Of a stretch of DNA of 64,000 bases, positions 7,625 through 18,330 are shown piece by piece. The translations under genes and the position numbers were made by a program. A model generated the notes under the pieces. The model had not been told where the DNA came from, did not search any database, and saw only the letters and a list, made by a program, of their open reading frames with translations. Numbering within the stretch: the first letter of the stretch is position 1; each line of letters begins with the position of its first letter. Source of the DNA: an uncultured Methanosarcinaceae archaeon (GTDB lineage: Archaea > Halobacteriota > Methanosarcinia > Methanosarcinales > Methanosarcinaceae). The stretch covers positions 512,001 to 576,000 of the forward strand of contig CAWJYV010000008.1 of assembly GCA_963847185.1 (NCBI GenBank). Direction: 5' to 3'.

Positions 7625-9175
7625 ATGGAACAGTTCTCTTTTATTGCCTCTATGCCTGACAGATCCGGAGCGTTACACAGGGCAGCTGAGATTATCACTC
7701 GATATGAGGGGAACATTAACAGGATACAGTATGACCGCAGAATAGATCGACACATCGTATTTTTTGAAGTGACTGCTGTTTCAAAGGCTTATGAAAAGAT
7801 TCGCGAGGAACTGGGGAAAATCGGTTATCTTCAGACTTCTCTGCAGCCTGTAGCTTTTCTGAAATTCCATGTCTATCTTCCTAACTGTCCTGGAGCTTTG
7901 TTTGATTTTTTGAACTATATTACTTCTTCAGAGGCAAATATCACTTTTCTTGATTTTGATGATCGAGGGCAGCATCCAGAACGGCTCTTAGTAGGTCTCA
8001 ATATAGAGAACACCGGCCTGATTGATTCACTACTGAATCAGCTAAAGTCCAGGTACAGGCTCGAGATTATCGAGTACGATACAACAGGGGAAAAACTTGA
8101 TGATACGGTGTTTTATCTTCGGTTGGCTCAGAAATTGAGGTCTTTTATTGGGAGTGCTGAAGACGTTTTCTTGATGAGATTCCTGCATGATATTAACCAT
8201 ATTGCCCAGGAACTCTCAAATCTTCAAAAAGATCCGATTGAAGTTTTTGAAAATATCCTTAAGGTCGGAGATTGCTTAAACCGGACATCGGGAGAGAATT
8301 TTTACGCCGATGTACAGAGAATTCGAATAAAGGACGATATCGAGCTCTTTTGTTTTCAGCCTCCCTGCGGAGGTAATATCTATCTCTTTGATACTCCTTC
8401 AGAAAGGGTTATGATTGACACAGGTTATGGAATCTATTTTCAAGATATTGTGAATATGTTCCAGCACTATGGGCTTGGAGATCTAAGGCGGCTTAAAAGA
8501 ATTTACATTACTCACGCCGACGCCGATCACTGTGGTGCTTCAGGTTTTTTCCCTGTCCCCTCTTATCTTAATCGTGAAACTCTTCTGGTTATGCGGGAAA
8601 CCAGCAGATCTTACGGGTCCAGTAACCAGGGATGTATTCTGGAAGAAGTTTATACGAAAATAATTAATCTTTTTTCCAGGTTTACTCCTCCCTCGGACAT
8701 AATACTCTTTCCTGAAATCTACTCCTCTAATGAATTAATTGAAAAAAGGGGTGCATTTCCTGTAATTGACAGATTCCAGATCGCAAACCTGAATTTTGAG
8801 GCTCTTGAAGGTCTGGGAGGGCATATGCATGGCGAAGTTTTCTATTTATGTCCTGAGGAGGGGCTAATCTTCCCTGAAGATGCATTAATCAATTTCAAGA
8901 GCTTGACCTCTGATAGGACAGAGTATAACGTTCTGGCTGATTACCTCATGACATCTGTAAATGTTGACAGCAAGCTTGCGCGGGAAGAGAGAAATGCTCT
9001 CCTTTCTCTCATTTCTGACATTGATGTAAAACTTATAGGAAAAAATAGAAAATGCTTGATTTGTTGTGGGCATGGCTCTATATCAGTACTCGAAAACGGA
9101 AAACTTGTCGAATACAAAAGTTCCGAAAGATATATTGCAGGACATAAACCTTCTGCTTTTCAAGACAAGTTATAA
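7625..9175 (+). CDS. ACT-domain / metallo-beta-lactamase fold hydrolase
   Basis: Two N-terminal ACT-like segments (PDRSGAL, PNCPGAL); MIDTG; THADADHCG; GGH; CGHG. Confidence 0.85.
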   Translation: MEQFSFIASMPDRSGALHRAAEIITRYEGNINRIQYDRRIDRHIVFFEVTAVSKAYEKIREELGKIGYLQTSLQPVAFLKFHVYLPNCPGALFDFLNYITSSEANITFLDFDDRGQHPERLLVGLNIENTGLIDSLLNQLKSRYRLEIIEYDTTGEKLDDTVFYLRLAQKLRSFIGSAEDVFLMRFLHDINHIAQELSNLQKDPIEVFENILKVGDCLNRTSGENFYADVQRIRIKDDIELFCFQPPCGGNIYLFDTPSERVMIDTGYGIYFQDIVNMFQHYGLGDLRRLKRIYITHADADHCGASGFFPVPSYLNRETLLVMRETSRSYGSSNQGCILEEVYTKIINLFSRFTPPSDIILFPEIYSSNELIEKRGAFPVIDRFQIANLNFEALEGLGGHMHGEVFYLCPEEGLIFPEDALINFKSLTSDRTEYNVLADYLMTSVNVDSKLAREERNALLSLISDIDVKLIGKNRKCLICCGHGSISVLENGKLVEYKSSERYIAGHKPSAFQDKL

Positions 9176-9394
9176 AGAAAGTTGAAGACAATTGGGATTT
9201 GAGCAAATGAGTTTAGAGCAAATAGCTTGGAATTGATAAAAATAAATAATCCTGCAGATTTAATCAAGCCATTTTTTAATGATTTCCGCAAAATCCATCT
9301 TAGTTTTGATCGGGGGTAAATCCGATCTTTGTCTTATACTCAAACTGTATTTCAAATATTAGCAAATGCTATTAGCCATTTGTAAACAGGAGAT

Positions 9395-9712
9395 TTATTC
9401 TCCTCCTCTACCTCCGAAACCCTGGCTGCTTCCTCCAGATGATGAGCCACCTCCTCCAGACCCGCCAGTTCCTGTTCCACCGAAACCCTGACTTTTTCCT
9501 CCTCCCCCCTGGCCAGTTTGTTTACTGGCTGATTCCATCGCCTGCATAAGAGAGTCAACTGAGTCATATTCTCTATCAGGGATCATTTGCAGGGATTCAA
9601 TTATGTCGCTTGAAGCTTTTTGTTTTCTAACCTGCTCCATAATCTGGTTTTTTGTCGCTGGAAACTGCATGTTCCTAAACATTTCCTGCATCATGCTTGG
9701 ACTTGCCCTCAT
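9395..9712 (-). CDS. DUF2795-like small protein with Gly/Ser-rich tail
   Basis: MQFPATKNQIME...LQMIPDREYDS motif; RBS-like AAGGTG. Confidence 0.75.
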   Translation of the reverse strand: MRASPSMMQEMFRNMQFPATKNQIMEQVRKQKASSDIIESLQMIPDREYDSVDSLMQAMESASKQTGQGGGGKSQGFGGTGTGGSGGGGSSSGGSSQGFGGRGGE

Positions 9713-9959
9713 ATCTTTTCACCTTCCCCATGTTTTGTGGATTTACCCCCATTCCGACATTTATATTAATCATATAAATAAATACTCAATTATATATTTT
9801 AGAACCATTTCTACTGATGCCTAAAATTCTTCTATTAATTTACGCTATTTTATTGGATAAAGCTTGTAAAATTCTATATTGGAAGTTAAAACAGAAATTC
9901 CCAAAAAGAGATCCACAAACGTATATTGGAAAGTTTAAGTAAACATTTTTAAAAAGAAA

Positions 9960-10044
9960 TGCGAGGGGTGCGATTCGAACGCACGAATTCCTACGAAAAT
10001 GGGTCCTAAGCCCATCGCCTTTGACCTGGCTGGGCAACCCTCGC
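9960..10044 (-). tRNA. tRNA-Leu(TAG)
   Basis: GCGAGGG acceptor stem, anticodon arm ATGGG-CT-TAG-GA-CCCAT, long variable arm, GTTCGAATC T-loop. Confidence 0.95.
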
Positions 10045-10113
10045 ACTAATGTTCTGATTTTGTGTAAAACTAGTACAAAAAAAGAAGAAATTTAGTTTTT
10101 ATTCAACATTAAA

Positions 10114-10185
10114 TGCGCCGACCGGGATTCGAACCCGGGTTTTGGGCTTGGAAGGCCCAAGTCATAGCCACTAGACCATCAACGC
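10114..10185 (-). tRNA. tRNA-Gly(TCC)
   Basis: GCGTTGA acceptor, anticodon arm TTGGGC-CT-TCC-AA-GCCCAA, GGTTCGAATCC. Confidence 0.95.
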
Positions 10186-10762
10186 AAACTGCAACACATC
10201 TAGAGGTATTTGTTATATATATTATTTTCGCTTGATCTTTTTTGTTTTTATTTTCCCCTAATTTCCTTCAGGTTTTGCTTTGGACGCATAAGTTTATTCT
10301 TTCTTCCCAGAAGGAAATAAATTATTTGATCTTAAGAATATTTTCTGTTGAGGTCTTTCCCTTATTTTTCTACTACTTCTTCCAGGCTATATATGTCCCA
10401 AATTTTTTTATTATAACCAGTTTTCATAAAAATTATAAATAATGGAGTAATTATATGGAAAAAAGGAATATTTGAGAACGCATTTAATTATTAGGGAACT
10501 CATTGTATCAAAAATATCTTACATATAGGTATTAATTTAAGTCAGTCTATTTTTCGTCCAAAAATAGTTATTTGAGATCAAATTTTTCGCTTAATTTGTA
10601 ACTCTGTCATATATTTTGCAGGACTAAGTAGAGTTTGAGACCAATACTGAATCCTGCGTACCCTAAGGTAAGGCACCCAAAGGCAAGAAATAGATAACTT
10701 TTACATTATATTAAAGTTTTCTAAGTCTTGCCTCTTAATTCAAAATTAAGAGGTATTTTAAT

Positions 10763-11294
10763 ATGAAACCAAGAACTTCTGGATTAATAACTTCCTTGCT
10801 GATAGTGCTAATCACCTTAACGGGTCTAGCTGCAGCAAGTGCAGGTGGGGAGATTATGCAAAATGTGATCAGAGTATCAGCATTACTCTCAACTCAGGAA
10901 GCAATAATCCTGGTAGTGAAAGTAAATCTATCCATGAACTGAAAGCAGTGTCTCTTTCTATAATAATGAGTGGGAAGACTAAAATGAGTGTTTCCGGTTC
11001 TAAAATCACTTTTAGTACATCAACCACTACCATTCCTTCTGTTAAAGCCCCCTAATTCAGGCAACCTCAAAACTCTGGTACAAGAAAAGTAAAAACTCTA
11101 AAGAGGTTTTCAAGATTGTGGCATATAAAGAAGGGACGAAAGTCAGCAAAGTAGAAGCCAAAGGCACTTTTAGTGTCCGTCAGTCTGGATATTTCCGAGT
11201 AATTGGACACCATCTTCTCGTTTCTCCTCCTAATCATAAATCTTCTGAAGTTGAAGATATAACCTATAGTGATTGGAAATACGTTTCAGTTTAA
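10763..11294 (+). pseudogene. Frameshifted secreted protein (signal peptide)
   Basis: RBS GAGGT; MKPRTSGLITSLLIVLITLTGLAAASA signal peptide; coding-like continuation in shifted frames ending ...DITYSDWKYVSV*. Confidence 0.55.
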
Positions 11295-11420
11295 TCTTCT
11301 AAGATAGTAAATACTTTGTTAACGATGATAGTTAATTGTAGTAAGTTTTGTTGCTTTGTTCAATTTGAGTATTGAATGAAGCATATTATTTTATCAATGA
11401 GCTAACCCAAAACTCAAAAT

Positions 11421-11540
11421 TAGGTCGTGTACGCGAGTTATTGATCAATTCCGAAAAGCGAGTATATCTTCCGTATTTGAGAGAAATGTGGAGAGATTTA
11501 TATGCTTACAGTTTTAATAACCCATGCCCAAGACGCAATA
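11421..11540. mobile_element. ~120-bp MITE-like element, copy A
   Basis: Homologous to 24318..24436 (GGTCGTGTAC..GAGTT.TTGATCAATTCCGAAAAGCGAGT...); degenerate terminal inverted repeats. Confidence 0.75.
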
Positions 11541-12169
11541 TGTTTCAAATTATAAAAATTGTTCTGAAGTTCTTTTTAATGAGACTCTAAAGCTGGTTTC
11601 GAGATGAGCTTAATGTCTGTTTTTTAGCTTTTCTCGAACAAGCCAATTAAAGAAATACGGTTATAAGAAATGAACAAAATTACTCACTGAAAATAGCGAA
11701 ATGCCTCATTCATATTGTCAACCTTCGTTAAATCTAACCTATATATTCATTATATATATTTCAGAGTAAAATCTTTTGAATCTGCTTTTAACAACATCAT
11801 TTTTTCGATCAATTAAAGTCAATTTTTTCCGTAAAATTTTTTGTTTTTTATTACTTTTTTCAATAAAAAATATTCTTTTTTGTATATCTCTCTCTAAATA
11901 TTATTACGTCAATCCACAAAGAATACTCGAGTGCTCACTGGAGCAATAATTTTCATCCTTGAACACATAACTAAAGTTATTATTTTTATTTGTTAACTAC
12001 TATTTTTCACTGATAGGCTTTCTTTTACGGATTTACTTTTATTTGGGCCAGGGCATGAATAATATAATCTTATATAGGGCTAGACATAAGTTCTCAAAAC
12101 AGGTTTCTCCTCTTATGCCGCCCTGGCTTCAAAGGGGACCCAACGAAAACGTATGGAGATCTTGTAGAA

Positions 12170-12271
12170 ATGGAACCTTTCATTCTGGTATTTGGAATCA
12201 GGCTCTTTACTTTTGCATATCTCCTTTTGTTATTGAGAACACATTCAAAGCTTAACAAAAAGTTAATGTAA
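12170..12271 (+). CDS. CcmD-like small membrane peptide (33 aa), possibly a relic
   Basis: MEPFILVFGIRLFTFAYLLLLLRTHSKLNKKLM*; one TM segment plus basic tail directly upstream of the ccmE relic. Confidence 0.45.
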   Translation: MEPFILVFGIRLFTFAYLLLLLRTHSKLNKKLM

Positions 12272-12289
12272 GGATCAAATTATACGGTT

Positions 12290-12676
12290 TAAACGAATTA
12301 AAAAGAAAATATTGCTCTCGCTTACTTTTATCGCTGGTGTGTTCTTTACAGGGCTATATGGCGTTAAGTCTTCGGAAGGTTAGTTATCTTACGGTATCTG
12401 AACTCATGTCCGATCCTCAGGCCCGTCTCGGGCAAAATGTAAATGTAGTGGGAGTTGTAGAATACGAAAGCCTCGAGGTGACTCCCGATATGAAGGTTTT
12501 TGAACTAACGGACGAAAATAATGGGAATTTCAAAGTTCGTGCAGAGTATAACAGGCAGCCTTCCCTCCAACCTTGTAGAAGGAAAAAAGGTGAGTATCGG
12601 CGGAACTATGGTTTCTGGATCTACGTTTGAGGCAAATAAAATTATTACTCGATGTCCATCCAAGTATACGGAGTAG
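12290..12676 (+). pseudogene. ccmE: Heme chaperone CcmE (archaeal CxxxY type), disrupted
   Basis: TM anchor KKKILLSLTFIAGVFF, YLTVSEL..GQNVNVVGVV, and after a frameshift LPSNLVEGKKVSIGG...FEANKIITRCPSKYTE*; no clear start codon, TAG plus two frameshifts. Confidence 0.8.
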
Positions 12677-12681
12677 TATTG

Positions 12682-13539
12682 ATGAATATTGAAGAGTGGG
12701 AAGAGTACAGATATGTTGAATCCGGGATAAGTTCATTCATTGCTCAAATGAGTGACTCCGCCCTTAAAGATATGGTCAAACATGTCTGTAATACCGGAGG
12801 AAAACGAATCAGGCCGGTCATCCTCCTTCTTGCCAGTGATATCTGCTCAGGCTCGTATTCTCAGAGCCTTGGTGCAGCTCTTGCTGTTGAAATGATGCAT
12901 TCGGCCTCCCTTGTCCATGACGATCTGGTGGATCAGGGGCTTCTAAGAAGAAATCTACCTTCTGCACCTAAAAAGTTTGGTCCTTCAAGGGCACTTCTCT
13001 GTGGGGATTACCTTATTGCAAAATCCATCGAATTCATTTCTCCCTATGGGGAGAAGGTAATTAGGGATTTTGGAATTGCCGGGATGAATCTGGCTGAAGG
13101 AGAAGTACTTGACTTGAGACTGGATGAGGACAGTTTTGAAGAAAGCAATTATTTTGATTGCATCTATAAGAAAACAGCTTCTTTGTTTGCGATCAGTGCA
13201 TCTATCGGAGCTTATACCGGAGGAGCAAATGAGGAGTTAGCGGCTCGTTTCAACTTCTTTGGAACTTCTCTTGGAACTGCATATCAGGTTGTTGACGATA
13301 TCCTTGAATTTCTAGATGTAGTTGAAGGTAAAGAGTCAAAGTGCATATCTGAAACTCTGCCGCACGTTTACATGAAGAACATGTCCAGAGAAGAAGCAGT
13401 ACAGAGATCCATAGATGCAGTAAAGTTGCATGTTAATGCCGCAAAACAAACCCTTGTGACTTTTAAAGAATGTCCCTCGAGGGATAAACTTTTCCAGATT
13501 ACTGATTATATGACTGTTGATATGCTAGGAAATATCTAA
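12682..13539 (+). CDS. Polyprenyl diphosphate synthase (probably geranylfarnesyl-PP synthase)
   Basis: GGKRIRP, FARM HDDLVD, RR, KTASLF, SARM QVVDDILE; Ala at position -5 of the FARM. Confidence 0.85.
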   Translation: MNIEEWEEYRYVESGISSFIAQMSDSALKDMVKHVCNTGGKRIRPVILLLASDICSGSYSQSLGAALAVEMMHSASLVHDDLVDQGLLRRNLPSAPKKFGPSRALLCGDYLIAKSIEFISPYGEKVIRDFGIAGMNLAEGEVLDLRLDEDSFEESNYFDCIYKKTASLFAISASIGAYTGGANEELAARFNFFGTSLGTAYQVVDDILEFLDVVEGKESKCISETLPHVYMKNMSREEAVQRSIDAVKLHVNAAKQTLVTFKECPSRDKLFQITDYMTVDMLGNI

Positions 13540-13670
13540 TTCACTCAGCTCTTCCTGAATAATGAATTGGTATTTTGCTCAATCTATTATATATATTCAT
13601 AATATCTCTTAGTTTTTATTTAACTTCTCAATTTATTCAACTTTTGCCACTAAATTTATCAGGTGTATTC

Positions 13671-14849
13671 ATGCGAGTATATGATAGTCCGGTTCTTAAA
13701 GTAAATGCCAGTACAGAAAACGAAAAAATGGTGCTAGATGCTGAGGGTCCCCTTTCCCAGCTTGCAAAACCTTTCCTGAAGCGTATAAATAGTATTTTTG
13801 CGGAAGAAAAACCTATTTCAATGGACGAAGATGAGATTATTTTCTCTACGTGGATCCCGCCTATTCCTGGACCTGTCTTCAGCAGGGTAATAAGTGCTGA
13901 GATCTCAGCTATCAGGAAGAAAAGAGTGCCTGATCAATTCTCAATAGGAATTACTGCCCGCTGTCCCAACCGCTGTATTCATTGTGGAGCAGCTGATATC
14001 AAGCCGGAAAAAGAACTGACTCTTGACGAAATCAGCGATGCTGTGGACCAGAGCCTGGATCTTGGAGCCTATCTTGTTTCCTTTGACGGTGGGGAAACTA
14101 TGCTTCGAAATGACCTTGTTGAGATGGTTGCCAGAGTGGATAAATCAAGGGCAATTGCAACCTGTTTCACTTCGGGTTTCAAGCTTTCTGAGGAGAGGGC
14201 AAAAGAGCTTAAGGCTGCAGGTCTCTATGCTGCAAGAATCAGTATTGACAGTCCTTTTGAAGTTGAACATGACCGTGTTAGGGGACGAGATGGCGCATAC
14301 AAGGATGCAGTCGCTGGAATAAGGAATGCTCGTAGCGCAGGAATCCTTACTGACATGTTTGTGGTAGTTTCTCCTCACAACATCGATAATCTTGAAGAAT
14401 TCTACACTCTCGCAGCTGATCTCAATATGCATGAACTTTCTATTTATGAAATCATTGCAGTTGGCCGCTGGCTTGATCATGAGGATGAAGTAATCAGCGA
14501 AAAAGATGTATCAAGGCTTGAGAAGTTCCAGAAAGCCATGAATAGTAAACCTGAAGGACCCAGAGTTACCGCTTTCCCATACTTCATGGGGCCTTCCCTT
14601 TTCGGTTGCTTTGCGGGCAGACGCTGGATGCACGTTGCTTCAGACGGGGAAGTCATGCCCTGTGCCTACACTCCATTATCCTTTGGAAATATCTGTGATG
14701 AATCTCTGGAGACTATCTGGAAGCGCATGGGTAAGCATAATGCCTTCAAAAAAGACACTCCCTATTGTATGATGCGTAACCCTGATTTCCGGAAGGAGTA
14801 CATCCATACGATCCCTCAGGGCGCAAAAATTCCTTATAGGCTTAAGTAA
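13671..14849 (+). CDS. Radical SAM/SPASM-domain protein
   Basis: CPNRCIHC motif, DGGE, C-terminal GCFAG...GEVMPC...FGNI...C. Confidence 0.9.
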   Translation: MRVYDSPVLKVNASTENEKMVLDAEGPLSQLAKPFLKRINSIFAEEKPISMDEDEIIFSTWIPPIPGPVFSRVISAEISAIRKKRVPDQFSIGITARCPNRCIHCGAADIKPEKELTLDEISDAVDQSLDLGAYLVSFDGGETMLRNDLVEMVARVDKSRAIATCFTSGFKLSEERAKELKAAGLYAARISIDSPFEVEHDRVRGRDGAYKDAVAGIRNARSAGILTDMFVVVSPHNIDNLEEFYTLAADLNMHELSIYEIIAVGRWLDHEDEVISEKDVSRLEKFQKAMNSKPEGPRVTAFPYFMGPSLFGCFAGRRWMHVASDGEVMPCAYTPLSFGNICDESLETIWKRMGKHNAFKKDTPYCMMRNPDFRKEYIHTIPQGAKIPYRLK

Positions 14850-15609
14850 CACTTCTTATGCATTTTTTTTAATTCTATTTTTTGATTAAATTTCTTGAAA
14901 AACCCTCTATATGGATTTTTTCCTGTAAAAGCCCTTTTATCTTGTTTTAATCTGCTCTGGTTTCAGCCTGAGATATTCATACCATTGTTTGCATACGAGA
15001 CCTGCAAGCTCAAGAAGAGTGAATAACATCCTATTTTAGGAATATCCTTTTTTTAGAAGGTTATTTTTCTTTTAAAACTTGCCCATTTACAAAAAATTTT
15101 CAAAGCGTTTGGTCGAATTTATTTGAATTATATCTTTACTTTCTGAGCTTTTTAGGGCACTTTCTCTGAAAATGGGGGGTTTTAACTCTTTTTTGTCATC
15201 CATATCTTCCCTAATTTTGTTAGTTAACTTTGAAATCTTTTTCCTTCAATAATCCCTATCTTCATTCAAAATAACTGTGGTTATGCTTCTCATTTTCTCT
15301 TATATATTCCGGTTATATAATTTTCTAATTCTTAATTATATTCCACTGTTTGTATTTAATTATTTTTTACTGTCTTATTTAATCTTTTGGATTTTGACCC
15401 TATATTTTGCTATTTATATTTTTTATTTTCTTAAAAAATTCTTATATCTTCAGAATATGATGATTAATCGTTATATATTCACGCCTCTCCCTTGATAAAA
15501 CCGAAGCTGTTATATAGTTCTATTACGAAGGATTTGTTAACTACCTCCATTGGAGTAGGGATTTTTAATTATTAATTTATATATTAAATTTTGAGAGACG
15601 GAGATTCAC

Positions 15610-15939
15610 ATGGCTAAAAATGAAATCTTATCTGAAATCAAAAAAGCTGAAGGGAGCGCTAAAGCAATGGTTGACGATGCCATTGACGCAAAAAACAAGC
15701 GCATCTCCGATGCTCGGGCTGAATCCAGGGAAATCCTGAAGCAGGCCGAAATCGATGCACATAAAGCTGCACAAGACTCTTTTAAAGAAGGTGAAAAAAA
15801 GATCCTGGAGGAAAGAGATAAGATCGTCAACGATGGTGAAAAAAACGCATTAGCCATGTCCCAAAAAGCTCAAGCTAATATCGACAAATCCGTCAATTAC
15901 CTAGTACAGGAGTTTGAGAGGGCGGTCCTTAATGAGTAG
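15610..15939 (+). CDS. ahaH: A1Ao ATP synthase subunit H
   Basis: [10 protein letters not shown] coiled coil; first gene of operon. Confidence 0.9.
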   Translation: MAKNEILSEIKKAEGSAKAMVDDAIDAKNKRISDARAESREILKQAEIDAHKAAQDSFKEGEKKILEERDKIVNDGEKNALAMSQKAQANIDKSVNYLVQEFERAVLNE

Positions 15940-17881
15940 ACCTAAAGAGATGACAAGGGCCGTTATTGTCGGACACAAAAGCATTCTAAAAGAAACCATC
16001 GACGCATTGCATGATTCAAATCTCTTTCATATCGAAGATTTTGTCGAAGACGAATCTGGTTTTAAGATCAGCAAGCCATTTAAAAATGCAGAAGAAGCCT
16101 CTAAAAAGCTTGTGAAGATCCGTTCTATCGCCAATTATCTGGGGATTGAAAACAAAAAACCGGTAGTTCAGAAAACTGACTCTGTTCTGCGCGAACTTGA
16201 TTCGAAACTGAATGAATTGGACAGGACAATTTCAACTAAAACAGAATCAATTTCTCAGCTTGAAAATGAATTAAAAGATCTGGATTCCCAGAAAAGGGAA
16301 ATTCTGCCTTATCTGTCCATCAATCTTGACTTCGAATATTACCGTGGCTATGAGAACCTCAAGGTTTTCGCAGGCACTGTAAAAGGCAGCCTGGAAACAA
16401 GTCAGATTTCGAGCATCACCAATGCTTACGAACTGTACTATGACCCTCAATCAAAAACAGTTGTACTGTTTGTAGCCATAAATGATGCCGACAAAGTCTA
16501 TGAATTACTTCAGAGTCTTGGATTCAAAGAACTTAGAGTTCCAGAAAGAGGTGGTGTCCCAAGCGAGCTGTTAAGATTCATTGAACAGAAAGAAGCCGAA
16601 GTCACCAAAAGGATCGAATCCTTAAAGGCTGAAATCGAATCCTTGAAAGTCAAGTATGCCGATTTTATCCTTGCCAGCGATGAAGTTCTGAGTATCGAGA
16701 GTCAGAAAGCAGAACTGCCTCTTAGGATAGCTACATCTGCAAACGCATTCATAATCGATGGCTGGACTCCCGCCGAGGATTATGATAAGGTTGTAAGTGT
16801 AGTTAACAGTGCCACTAAAGGCAAGGCATACGTTACCAGCCTCGAAATTGAAGAAGAGGAGGAAGAACATGCCCCTGTCGAATACAATAACTCAAAAGTT
16901 GTGGCACCGATGCAGCAGATTATGGATCTGTATTCCAGGCCCAAATATACTGAACTCGATCCATCCTCAGCGCTTTTCATTACTTTCCCGCTGATATATG
17001 GGATGATTCTTGGAGACATCGGATATGCATTAATACTGGGGGCAATGGCTCTGGCTATCAGAACAGCAGTAAAGTCAGATGCAGTGAAGCCTCTCATGGA
17101 TATTCTTATCTATTGTCAGATATCATCACTTATCTTTGGAGTTATTTATGGTGAGTTCCTGGGATTCTCGCTCGCAAGTTTGCATACAGCGCATGGAGTA
17201 GTGCCAGGCTTGATTCCAGGTTGGGAAACTATCATTCTCTTTGAGAGTATCGGAGGCGAGGAATTTACTTTCCCAATTCACAGAACTCACATGGTAATGA
17301 CTATGATTGGAGTGAGTGTCTTAGTAGGACTGCTTCATCTAAACCTTGGTTTCTTGATGGGTTTTTCAAACATCGCCAGACACCATGGAATGAAACATGC
17401 AGTTCTTGAAAAAGGCAGTTGGATCATTATCGAACTCGGTGCTCTCGTTGCAGCACTCGGCTATTTTGGCGGCAATTCAGTACTCACCTATGTCGGTGCT
17501 GGTATTCTTGTTCTTGGTATCGTGATGCTCACCATGGGTGAAGGTATCAAAGGTCCTATCGAATTGCCATCTCTTATGGGTAATGCACTTTCGTATGCCC
17601 GTATTATCGCAGTCGGTCTGTCTTCGATTTACATCGCAAGTACAATCAATGATATTGTTTTCAAAATGATCTGGACTGATCACTCTAAGATCGGCTTTGC
17701 AGCAATAGCTGCAATAATCGTGTTTATACTCGGACACGGTCTTAACACTGTCTTGAGTATTATCGCACCCGGACTGCACGCACTCAGGTTGCAGTACGTA
17801 GAATTCTTCGGAAAATTCTATGAAGGCGGGGGCAGAAAATTCAACCCATTCGGATACATAAGAAAATACACGGAGGAATAA
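15932..17881 (+). CDS. ahaI: A1Ao ATP synthase subunit I (a)
   Basis: [34 protein letters not shown]. Confidence 0.97.
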   Translation: MSRPKEMTRAVIVGHKSILKETIDALHDSNLFHIEDFVEDESGFKISKPFKNAEEASKKLVKIRSIANYLGIENKKPVVQKTDSVLRELDSKLNELDRTISTKTESISQLENELKDLDSQKREILPYLSINLDFEYYRGYENLKVFAGTVKGSLETSQISSITNAYELYYDPQSKTVVLFVAINDADKVYELLQSLGFKELRVPERGGVPSELLRFIEQKEAEVTKRIESLKAEIESLKVKYADFILASDEVLSIESQKAELPLRIATSANAFIIDGWTPAEDYDKVVSVVNSATKGKAYVTSLEIEEEEEEHAPVEYNNSKVVAPMQQIMDLYSRPKYTELDPSSALFITFPLIYGMILGDIGYALILGAMALAIRTAVKSDAVKPLMDILIYCQISSLIFGVIYGEFLGFSLASLHTAHGVVPGLIPGWETIILFESIGGEEFTFPIHRTHMVMTMIGVSVLVGLLHLNLGFLMGFSNIARHHGMKHAVLEKGSWIIIELGALVAALGYFGGNSVLTYVGAGILVLGIVMLTMGEGIKGPIELPSLMGNALSYARIIAVGLSSIYIASTINDIVFKMIWTDHSKIGFAAIAAIIVFILGHGLNTVLSIIAPGLHALRLQYVEFFGKFYEGGGRKFNPFGYIRKYTEE

Positions 17882-17885
17882 AAAC

Positions 17886-18131
17886 ATGGTAGACGGAGCA
17901 ACAGCAGGTCTCTTTTTGGACGCAGCAGGAATGAAAGCACTCGGTGCAGCAATCGCAATTGCAACAACTGGATATGCATCTGCAATAGCTGAAAGAGAAA
18001 TCGGTACCGCAGCAATTGGTGCAATGGCAGAAAACGAAGGGTTATTCGGTAAGGGCCTGATCCTTACTGTAATTCCAGAAACCATTGTCATTTTCGGTCT
18101 CGTCGTTGCACTGCTTATCAACTCTGCTTAA
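17886..18131 (+). CDS. ahaK: A1Ao ATP synthase subunit K (c proteolipid)
   Basis: Two TM helices; IPETIVIFGLV with catalytic Glu. Confidence 0.97.
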   Translation: MVDGATAGLFLDAAGMKALGAAIAIATTGYASAIAEREIGTAAIGAMAENEGLFGKGLILTVIPETIVIFGLVVALLINSA

Positions 18132-18311
18132 TTTAAGAGCATATTTGCTCTTAAATTTCTTAGAGCATTGCTTTAAGCTTACGTGGGCGTTTTTTCCTTG
18201 CCAGGCGGGCTTGGAGTGGTTATAATGCTCTAAGTTCCCCCTTAGGTATCGTTGCACTCTAAGAAGCTTAGAGTTTTTGCTCTAGGCTTTAGAGCACTTT
18301 TTTGCTCTAAA
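18130..18311. other. Cluster of related hairpins (TAGAGCA/TGCTCTA) between ahaK and ahaE
   Basis: ATTTAAGAGCA-TATT-TGCTCTTAAAT (18131-18156); CTTAGAGCATT/AATGCTCTAAG; TTTAGAGCA/TGCTCTAAA (18288-18311). Confidence 0.75.
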
Positions 18312-18330
18312 TTTATTTGGAGGTGTAAGC

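Noticed and set aside
12381-12383. Pyrrolysine read-through of TAG in ccmE (also TAGs in precursor copies 3 and 4)
   Set aside because: Homology continues in a different frame or other lesions remain, so amber suppression would not restore the protein.
13671-14849. Radical SAM/SPASM enzyme as maturase of the Cys-rich precursors
   Set aside because: It lies ~9 kb away in a housekeeping context (prenyl synthase, ATP synthase), with no evidence of linkage.
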